NCBI GenBank assembly: GCA_965202585.1
Contig: OZ241827.1
Location: 86,490,001-86,554,000, forward strand
Direction of reading: 5' to 3'
Source: Thalia democratica
Taxonomy: Eukaryota
DNA: 64,000 nucleotides
Below the pieces are notes generated by a model. That model saw only the letters and a list, made by a program, of their open reading frames with translations. It had not been told where the DNA came from and ran no database searches. Positions 39,032 through 48,900 of the stretch are shown one piece after another; within the stretch, counting starts at the first letter, position 1, and each line of letters begins with the position of its first letter. The translations under genes were made by a program, and so were the position numbers.

Positions 39032-41460
39032 ACAGTATGAGGGAAGTTTTCACAAAGAGGTAAATTTTGGGGGCAAAGCAGCATTTGAAAGCTCAAAATG
39101 CTAAACTTCTTTAATTCTGACGAACAGTTGTCGCTCCGTTTCTTTAATATATTAGGTACCCAGGTCACCTGAACATTGAAACTTTTAAACGATGCAATTT
39201 CTGTAGATTTTATTGATCTGGTCTTTTAATGAAAAATAGTTTCCAACTTTAGATGTTCTGAATGTTACTTTAATATTAATAACAATTGTTTCCAAATTTT
39301 TTGTTATATTTCTGCTGAATTTTTCTGAAACCTATTTTATATATGTAATTGTTAAATATTGTTGTTCAGGAAGCTGTGGTTTATCTTCTAATTTTTGAAA
39401 TGTTTCTTTTTCATTTGTTATGAATTAAAATTGGATAACTGTTTCTTAAAAAAAGATTCTTTATTCTATCTATTTCTAGGTTCTGTAGTTCTTTTGACAC
39501 TAATCTTTTATTTCTGATGATTTTTTCTTCCATGATTGCGGGGTACAAGAGTTAAAATTAAAAAAATACCGTGTTCATTTTAAATTCAAATATACAAGAT
39601 TTTAATAATCTACTAGAATTGTTTATAAAGTTGTTAAAACGAGTGAAGCATTGTTTTGAAAATAAATTTTAAAAATATAAAGTAAAAATAAATAGTTTGC
39701 GAATTAATACCATTAAGTGTAAAATAGATTTAGTTGTCAGTATGTTTTTTTTAATTATTGTCAGTATAACTTTTACTATTTACTGTTTTACTTTCGTTGA
39801 TAAAAATAAAAATGTATTTTTTTACAGGTGGGAAGGCAATCAGGAAATTGAGACTGAAGCCCCACCAGACCAGTGAGTGTATGCATGACTTTAAATAATT
39901 GTCTTTAACTGAAATAGTTTGGCTACTTTTTTGTCTTATAATTGGTTTAATGTTTGATTTATTAAAAAAAATTGTATTGGTGTTAAAAATTTATTTTTCT
40001 AATTTTCATCTGCTCTCTTTTTTCAATTTTTTATATTTGTTGGAGTGATACATATTGAAATACTGCAAAATTACTATACAGCAATAAAGCAATATTAATC
40101 ATAAGGCAAATGCTTGTTGGTATTGCTAATAAGATAAAACTTTAATACTAGTTTGAATTTATTTAAAATTCTGGCCAAGCCTGGAAATTTTACTTTTTTT
40201 AGGTTATTCCAAAATCTGTAAATTTCTCTTTTGTGATAAGTTTATTAACGCTGATTTTAATTTTCGGTCGTGTTGATAGCTTTACTAAAACATAACATTC
40301 TTTGTTTATAGTTGATTGCTGATAATATGATAGGTTGTATAAAAAGTCGTAATTTATTATTGATATTTTTGACAGAAATGATCGGAAAAGTTTTAAAGCA
40401 GACTAAAAGCCTAGAGGAAGCCAAGAAAAAGCTTTCGGTAAATTTTGACCCTATCGCCTACGGAGCAGGTAACTTAAATGTTTAACTATATTTGATACTT
40501 AATTAAAGTTTATTTTAACATATAAGTAGTAAAAGTGTACAAAATCTGTCAAATTGCATTTTTGTACTTTGAGTCTTGTGTAATATTAAACACTGTTGAC
40601 TCCTAGTTTAAAATAGAAGGCATATTTTTATGAAAATAAATTATCATCTACATAAATTTTTGTATATAATTTTAAGTATATTGTTGTTGTTGTTATTGTA
40701 TGAGGCTTATACTATCTGAAAAACATAAAAATATCAGTACATATTGATTTAATTCTAATATGAGACATGGTACATTAGTAACTAAAAAAATAATTACATT
40801 ATATACAATTAAACAATTACTTATAACAAATAAATTAACTTATTTTCGCAGGCAACATGAGGGGAGTTATCACAAAGAGGCAAATTTTGGGGGCAAAGCA
40901 GCGGTTGAAAGCTCAAGAAGCCAAACTGAAGAAAAACAGCGCGCTAAAGCAACTAGAGGTGAGTAATTATACAATTATGACTTGATTTTGTATAAATTTT
41001 GAGTAACTTTTTAAAAAACTTAGATTTTTTCCTACTGTTACAATTATACAGTTATGTACAATAGTTAGAACTTATATAAAATCAATTAACATTTAATCAA
41101 TATATTTTTGGTTAACTTTTGAAAGTTTTTCAGCTTTCCATTAAATGTATTATACATAGTTTTATCCGTGAAAAACTTCTTTTTTTTTTGTTGTAATTGA
41201 TCATTTACATTCTTACTACGATTTATTTATAGGCATTAAAAATTAAAATTAAGACGACGTCAAGGAAAAAAAACAAGGAAGGAACGAAGAAAAATGAAAA
41301 AGTTGAAAAAAGAACTGAAACAACGTCAGGCCCTATTCGGCACCATCAGCAGGATGACATCGTTGAAGGACATAACTTGTTGCAAACAGCGCCTCCAACC
41401 GGAAAGTCGGGAGAGCTTGTGTACCAACCAAACGGTGATCAACAGAACACTGATCAAAAC
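39032..41460 (+). pseudogene. Paralog B of the 15459-22681 gene, disrupted
   Basis: Stray exon-8 copy with a stop at 39032-39114; exon 6 at 39828-39872 (62-nt frameshifting deletion); exon 7 at 40376-40468 and exon 8 at 40852-40958 (both open, splice sites intact); degenerate terminal exon ~41280-41460. Exons 1-5 and 9-11 were not found. Confidence 0.85.
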
Positions 41461-42192
41461 GAAGATAATTAGATAAATAGAAGTAAATTAGTAATTTTGT
41501 TCAAGTGTGATAATGTATTTAAAAAAAAAGTAACGGTTTAGTTTTAGTTTATTTCATGACTATAATAGTCCTATAGTTTAGTTTGTTTTAAATTTCTTAT
41601 ATCAGTGCCTGTCTTTTATATGGAAAACAGAGTTTTAGCGAATCTTTAAGAGTTTAAAATAGCTTTTAAATAAACTTTTTACTAAAAGTACTTTTTACCA
41701 AAAGTTTATTTAGTTTAAATCTATTTTAACCGTTAAACATACTTTTAAAACTAAAAGACTGTTAAAATAGTTTTTATTTTATTGAGTTGTTAAACCTTTG
41801 GGATGTAATCTTATAAAACTTATTATTTTAATATGTGAAAGACTAGCTTAGTTTTTTGAGCTGAGTTTTTCGTTGTGTGAATATCCTTTTTTATTCATCC
41901 TTATAAAACACTGATCCTTATCAAAATAATAATATTTTGCAAACAATTGTTATTTTAGTTTTAATTTAAGATTTCAATATTTATTCGGTTTAAAACATCG
42001 TATGTTAATGCATAAATTACTTTCTCAAATATTCCGTAAACATTGGAATTAATCTTTGTTGGAACTTCCTTTAAACTAACTTTTTGAAATACTTCAGAGA
42101 CTCATTAAATTTGATAACTTTTATCTCAAAAGTTACATTTTTTGGGTTAAAGTGTGTGATAACTAAAATAAAACTATGTGAGATAAGCTCAA

Positions 42193-43381
42193 TGTAAGCA
42201 TTGCGCCTGCTTCGCACTGCTTTTTTGAAGAGAAGAGAGAAATCTTTTTTCTTCGAAAAGCAGACTGCATAAAAATAGACGTCGCAAGAAGGGCGTAGGC
42301 ATTGTTATTATACATTCAGCGAAGAGGCATTCTTATTAGGCATTGTTTATTACACATTCAGCGAAGAGGCATTCTTATTATACAGTCAGCGAAGACGCTC
42401 GATTTAGGCTTTTGAGTTTCACACTTTCAACGGAGACATTTGTCTTACATTCAGCGAAGAGACTTATTTTTCACGTAGCCAGTCCGCATAGACGTTTGAT
42501 CGAGAGATTCAGTTTCAACCCGAAACGAATACCGGCGTTAGAAACCAGCTCGAGACTTGTAGTAGTAAGTCTAGCGATTTGTTGTGGTAACTTAGTTCCT
42601 GAGCTTTTGACCTGCACGAGTGTGAGTGTCTCTTTTTTGTATCGTATTAGTAGTTTTAAGTGTAAAATAAGTTTTGATTTAATAATTCACTATCTAACAG
42701 TTTAATATAACTAACTAAATTTAAAGTTATCTAAGTTAGAATATAGTAAGTTAACGGTTGATTACGAAAGTAGCATTTGTTAAGTATTTACTAATTTTTA
42801 ATTGACTACGGTAAGTGGTCAATATTATACTAAGTCGAGCCTCGTTTAACCATACCTTGTTTCCAGTTCGCATTACTGAGCTCATTCTCGGTTAAGTGCG
42901 GTGAAAAATCAACAGTTCGCATTACTGAGTCCCAACTTGGTTAATTGCGTAGAATTCGTACCAATTCGCTTACTGAGCGTTGACTCGGTTAATTGCGGAG
43001 AATTCTTACCTGTTTGCATTTCTGAGTTCTATCTCGGTTAATTGCAATTGATTTCTTCACGGAAACTCTCCGGTTGGTTATTTCCTTGAAGAATGAGTTC
43101 CAAAAATAGGAATCCCAAAGCCATGTCAGCAACCCGCATCACTGACATGGTCAAGAAGCACACGAAGCGTGCACACTCGGCCGATAAAGCGTCTAGCTTT
43201 AAGAGGCGAGACCAACAAAGTAACTCCGAGCTGTTAGCAGATTCTCACATACCAACATCCAAATCTAATACTGCACAAACTGCAACTACAAATCAGGAAA
43301 CATTCAAAGCAGAACCTAACAATATACACAATAGACAAACAAACAAAGTAGAAAACACAGAATCAACAGCAGAGGGTTATA
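42193..43381 (+). repeat. 5' LTR (1189 bp, TGTAAG...GGTTATA)
   Basis: Matches 54725-55913 at a constant offset of 12532; six substitutions seen by eye. Confidence 0.92.
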
Positions 43382-45069
43382 GTGGCGCCTCTAACCGCCC
43401 GACTACTCCAACCTTTCAAGACACAAATGAGTTTATAACGAAGACGATGACAGAAAAAAAGCGAGAGATGCGCAAAAACTGTTTCCCAGAAGGCGGGTTA
43501 CCATCCATGCCAATGGGAAGTGATTGTGGATCTATGTATCCAGCACCCGGCCACAACCAGGCCGATCACTATTTAGCGCCGGATGATGCTGACGAGTTCA
43601 ATTTGAAACAACAAAACGAAGAACTCAAAGCTCTTTTGAGCGATTGTCGGACAGCGATAGCCAAAGTTACACAAGAAAGGGAGAGAATAAACATGGCTGA
43701 CGCACGATACAACAGTTGTCAAAATAATTACGTTTCACCAGCGTTTGACGCTTTGAACATGAGGGAGGGCCAATGCTCGCAAGAGTACAGACCCTCTGTC
43801 AGAAAAATGACTAATTATGATTTTGACAAAATGGCGAATACGCGATGTAATAGAGGGCCAAATTATCTACCGACTTTCAGAAATTCCAACACCGAAGAAG
43901 AACGTCATGTGCAACAAGCACCTCCCACCAACCAACTCATACATCAAAATGAAACAATGATTATTAAAAATGAGCCGGTTAGGGACGAGCGGCGTATACA
44001 CGTGATGCCTGCCCCCGAAAACATCAACACTAGAGACAGTCGGTACCCGGGACAGTCTAAATTTTGCGACTACCGTGAACCGGTCTACAACAATTTTAAC
44101 GATAATTCGTATATAAATGTTAGCGATAACGATCTCGACCGTAAGTTCCATCGGTTTAGTAAAATTACTAACCCTCGTCAAACCCTGAACTATTTCATCG
44201 GAGAGTTTGAACGGTTGAACGTCACAAACGATAGAACTAAATATAATATCATAGTCGGAAAATGGGTTCCCGACGAAGTATCTCAATACTACGGCTTGAC
44301 CAACCCTGATGATCGTAATTTTCAGACGTTCAAGGAGTTTTGCGAGAAACGTGATAATTTACTGACACCCATCCTCAGCAAACCTCCAGTTCACACGAGC
44401 AAAACACCGTTCAGTACTTACCTAACCGAGGCTACTGAATGGGCATATGCTAAAGAAGATGATCGTGTAAAGTTTTTCCTATACTATCATGCACCCGTCT
44501 CTCTAAAAAGCAGGATTGAAGAGTACTTCTTAGAGGACCTGTCACAATTCAAACGTCGTGTACAATCCATCTGGTCTCGCCAAGATGACGATCACTACGC
44601 ACGGAACCAACAAGTAAATTATGATAGGTCAAGAAGAAACCAAAACCAACGGTTTAGTAGGCGTCGGAATAACGGGAGAGATAATTTCCCTGACCAAAAT
44701 TACATAGATGATGGTAACTACGATCAGAGTTTCGACAATCGAAACCAAGATCATGGTAACAATGGGAACTACACCCAAAACTCCAATAACCGAAACCGGT
44801 ACCACGGAAACGGTAACAATAACAGACGCAATTACAACGCTCGAAACCAGAATTACGGTAACAATAGTAACTATGGCCGTAACGCCAATGGCAGGGACCG
44901 AAACTACAACAACGACTCCGGTAACGAACGTGATTATAACAACAGAAGAAACTTCAATAACGATTACAATGACCACCGTAATGTCACCCATTCAAATGAG
45001 CCTCCTTCCAGGCCGAATAATGTTAACAATTACCCACAACAGGAAAACTCCCTCCCACCCTCGCAGTAA
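43093..45069 (+). CDS. gag: Gag, 658 aa
   Basis: Long ORF upstream of pol; capsid-like block FSKITNPRQTLNYFIGEFERLNVTNDRTKYNII; N/R/D/Y-rich C-terminus; no CCHC knuckle seen. Confidence 0.85.
   Translation: MSSKNRNPKAMSATRITDMVKKHTKRAHSADKASSFKRRDQQSNSELLADSHIPTSKSNTAQTATTNQETFKAEPNNIHNRQTNKVENTESTAEGYSGASNRPTTPTFQDTNEFITKTMTEKKREMRKNCFPEGGLPSMPMGSDCGSMYPAPGHNQADHYLAPDDADEFNLKQQNEELKALLSDCRTAIAKVTQERERINMADARYNSCQNNYVSPAFDALNMREGQCSQEYRPSVRKMTNYDFDKMANTRCNRGPNYLPTFRNSNTEEERHVQQAPPTNQLIHQNETMIIKNEPVRDERRIHVMPAPENINTRDSRYPGQSKFCDYREPVYNNFNDNSYINVSDNDLDRKFHRFSKITNPRQTLNYFIGEFERLNVTNDRTKYNIIVGKWVPDEVSQYYGLTNPDDRNFQTFKEFCEKRDNLLTPILSKPPVHTSKTPFSTYLTEATEWAYAKEDDRVKFFLYYHAPVSLKSRIEEYFLEDLSQFKRRVQSIWSRQDDDHYARNQQVNYDRSRRNQNQRFSRRRNNGRDNFPDQNYIDDGNYDQSFDNRNQDHGNNGNYTQNSNNRNRYHGNGNNNRRNYNARNQNYGNNSNYGRNANGRDRNYNNDSGNERDYNNRRNFNNDYNDHRNVTHSNEPPSRPNNVNNYPQQENSLPPSQ
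43383..43397 (+). promoter_or_regulatory. Primer binding site (TGGCGCCT...)
   Basis: TGGCGCC lies one base after the 5' LTR end and is absent after the 3' LTR. The first 7-8 nt resemble tRNA-Lys-type PBSs; primer identity is not established. Confidence 0.7.
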
Positions 45070-45090
45070 CGCGAGGCTCAGGGGGTGGGG
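45042..45090 (+). promoter_or_regulatory. Putative -1 ribosomal frameshift signal
   Basis: G GAA AAC heptamer (45042-45048) followed by hairpin CCTCGC-agtaac-GCGAGG, extended by CCCAC/GTGGG; the -1 frame is open for ~105 codons. Confidence 0.6.
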
Positions 45091-45476
45091 TTAAAAAGTC
45101 TCGTGTTAGATTCGCCGAAGATACCCCAAAAACCTGTAATATAGGTTATGGCCGATCTAACATATCTGATTCTGTACATACTTCACAAGAGGGAAATTCC
45201 CTTAATTCAAATGTATATATCCCGGAAACACATGTTGATAGAGACCTAGAGAAGGAACGCAAACATTATACAGGAAGCAAAAATTCCGTTTCTTCACAGG
45301 ATGTAGATAGTAGCGGTCATCAAGCAAAATTGAGATTATTGTCGATAAGACGCCAAACATAATTCCTGTTGTACATAAAAAAATGAATACGCCTGGTTGC
45401 TCGAAGAACTATCAAGAAACCAATCAGGTTAAAAATTCTAACATTCATGATAACGCTCCGATAAATAAAGCGTTAC

Positions 45477-45980
45477 ATTCAAATGTCCATGATGAGGACA
45501 AAGCCGAGCCAAATTGCTCGAAGAACCACTTGGATAATGATACTCCGAATGAGTTTTCCCTTCATGATGTTTCTGAAGAAGAAACATTGATCTTTCATCC
45601 AAATGTCCATGATGAGGACAAAGCCGAGCCAAATTGCTCGAAGAACCATTCGGAAAATGATACTCCGAATGAGTTTTCCCTTCATAATGTTTCTGAGGAA
45701 GAAACATTGATTTTTCATTCAAATGTCCATGATGAGGACAAATCCGAGCCAAATTGCTCGAAGAACCATTTGGAAAATGATATTCCGAATGTCGTTTCCC
45801 TTCATAATGTTTCTGAGGAAGAAACATTGATTTTTCATTCAAATGTCCATGATGAGGACAAATCCGAGCTAAATTGCTCGAAGAACCATTTGGAAAATGA
45901 TATTCCGAATGTCGTTTCCCTTCATAATGTTTCTGAAGAAGAGACATTGGTCTCTCATTCGAATGTCCATTGTGAAGACA
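45477..45980 (+). repeat. Coding 120-bp tandem repeat x4 (+partial) upstream of the protease
   Basis: AATGTCCAT recurs at 45482, 45602, 45722, 45842 and 45962; unit NVHDEDKAEPNCSKNHLENDTPNEFSLHNVSEEETLIFHS. Confidence 0.95.
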
Positions 45981-48900
45981 ATAGGATCCAAATCTGCTCG
46001 ACGAGTCCCCAAACATCCCTGGGAAAGGAGGAGGAGCCTCCCAAAAGAACAGGAGAGAAGACAAGTCTTCTTGAACCACCGGAACCTGAACCTCCACCCG
46101 AATCGTCCTTAAACATTAAGGCCCAAACTGAGAACAGCTGGATTTTCGAAATCAGAAAATCCATGAAAATTAACAAAAGAAGTCTGCCTCAACAGTTGTT
46201 ATATGTTGTGGACAGCACCTCGGGCGTCATTTTTATCATTGACTCGGGAGCCGAGATTTCCCTCATTCCCAAGTCATTGACAAATGGCATAGACCATTAC
46301 TTCCGCCCCAAAACTCAGACCATTACGGGAATCGGAAACTCTCTAATCTATCCCGTGGGCAGCACAGATGTATGCTTGAAACTAGGGGACCTTGACGAAA
46401 TAAAGCACACATTATGGGTAACACAGGAAAAAATAGTCTATGGTATCATAGGTCTCGACTTATTGCGTCCACACCAGCTAGTTATTTCACCATTTACGGC
46501 CAAACTGATCAGCAATCTTACAAATCGCTCAGCTGACTTGTATACGGCTGAAACCTTGCCGGCTTCGACGTTTAACGCTACCCAAGATGAAAATAACCAC
46601 AATGAGACAAAAAGTCTAGAAGATCAATGCACACAGATGCTAGATAGATACCCTGAATTAACTGAGTACCCCGATTACACTAAACCGGTTAAACATAACC
46701 ATGTTCTCGATATAATCGTAGATAACTTTCAACCAAGACTAGTCAAAGCCCGTAAATGCAACGGCGCCAAGAGGACTGCAGTGGTTGAGAACTTCGCGGA
46801 TCTCGTACAAAGAGGTGCAATGTCACGTGGTATAGCTGACATGTGTGCCTCTCCAATTACCATTGTGCCAAAAAAGGATGGCTCAATGAGGATCTGTGTG
46901 GATTACTCGTTCCTTAATGCTCACACTCGACCATTGTCGTATCCTCTGCCTAGGATCGATGACCTCCCTGAGATCGTACCAGGAGGAACAAAATTCTTTA
47001 GCAATCTAGACTTAAAGGAGGCGTACTATAGCCTGCCCATACACCCAAGCTCGCGTGATTATGCAGCCATCGTTGCTCATCATGGGGTATTCGTTACTAA
47101 TCGAACTACATTTGGTTTGAAGAATGCCCCCATGAGATTCCAGCAGATGATGGAATGCATTTTATCACCCTGTGCACAATTTATTTTCGTATATCTGGAC
47201 GACATTCTGGTATTCAGCTCATCTGAAGACAAACATCTAGAACACTTGGAAAAAGTTTTCCAGACCTTGAGCAAACACGGCCTTTATCTGAATAGAAAAA
47301 AGTGCGTTTTTGCCAAGTCTAAAGTTAACTTTCTAGGCCATTCGGTAGGCGTAGATAGTATTGACATCTTAGAAGAAAAAGTCAAGGCAATCAAAGAGTT
47401 GCCCATGCCAGGGAATAGAAAGGAACTTAAAAGGTTCCTCGGTATGGTCAACTATTACTTTGACCACATCCCAAAGTTAGCTGAAACGACTAAACTTCTA
47501 AATGAAGTTTCAGGGGGCCCAAAATCTACCAATAGGAAACCTCTGAAACTGAATGACGCACAAATATTGGCTTATCATAAAACAATCGACGCGTTAGCAA
47601 ACGCCGCCACTCTAGCGTTTGAACACCATGGCAAACCACTGATTATCTACTGCGACGCAAGCGATACACATATCGGCGCCGTGCTCGAACAAGAAGGGAA
47701 TGACGGAGAGCGGCGACCTCTAGCATTTTTTTCCAAGAGCTTATCGCCCCTCAAACGCGTCCGCTAAACTTTTTATAAAGAGTTACGAGCACTATATGTA
47801 AGCATCAGACACTTTCAGAGTCGGATAATAGGTAGGGATCTTATTATCAGGACGGATAGTCAGTCTGTGGAGAAAGCTGTTAATAATCCTTTAGGGAACC
47901 AGTCTCCTACAGAGCAACGTTATATAGTTGCCATAAAGGAGTACAACCCCACTGTCATATACATTAGTGGCAAAGACAATCAAGGAGCCGACTATATGAG
48001 CCGGCAACCGCCCCCAAAAGTACTATACGCTAGATCATACTATGACGATCCAGACTACATCTGTAGCTCTTCGTCAGAGTCTGAAGACTCAGAGTCTGAA
48101 AATGACGTTTCAGAAGAAGAAGAGCAATTGATAACTGCTAATTCTTTAAATAGAACAGAAATAGCAAGACTACAAAAAGGAGAACGGGATCTTATCGACC
48201 AAGCAATAAAACTAGAGAAAACGGTTGAATATGAAGACCCTGAGGACATTGCGATCATTCGAGAAGAAGGAAACGCTAAAATCATACTGCCCACTCTACT
48301 ACGCCTCACAGCGTTTGAGATAGCTCACGGATATATACATCTTGGTAAAGAAAAATCCGTATTAGCTACCTCTAAAGATTATTGGTGGCCAACGTTAGTC
48401 AAAGACGTTGAGTATTGGTGCAAAACCTGCGTCGATTGCCAGGCTACGAAAGTAACCAGGTATAATCGACCCAGGATAGGGTTCTTTCCAGATAAAAATG
48501 AACGTTTCCAATACGTTCACATGGATCTGGTGGGTCCTTTGAGGACAACATCAGAAGAGAACCGATACATCCTGACCGCCAAAGACCGGGGTACCGGTTT
48601 CTTGGTGACTGCACCAATCAAAAACAAGAAAGCCGAAACCGTTAGAAACGCTTTTATACAAGTATGGTGCGGAGTGTTTGGCGTTCCACAGGTTGTTGTC
48701 ACCGACAACGGAAAAGAATTTAAGAATTCCGTTGTTACAACCGCTTTTGAACAATTAGGTATCGATCATCACTTTGTACCAGTATATAGCCCTTCTTCAA
48801 ATGGTATCATCGAGAGGCAGCATCGAACAATCAATGTGGCTCTCCGAGCTTTAACCGAAGAAACGAACTGGAGTTTACATCTTCCATTAATCACTGCTGA

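Noticed and set aside
42343-42705. 120-aa ORF in each LTR (also 54875-55237)
   Set aside because: TTG start, built partly from CATTCAGCGAAGAG U3 repeats, no recognisable motif; it is duplicated only because LTRs are.
42869-43047. CRISPR-like repeat/spacer array
   Set aside because: The variable parts are 6-nt loops and short linkers, the context is eukaryotic, and no cas genes are present.
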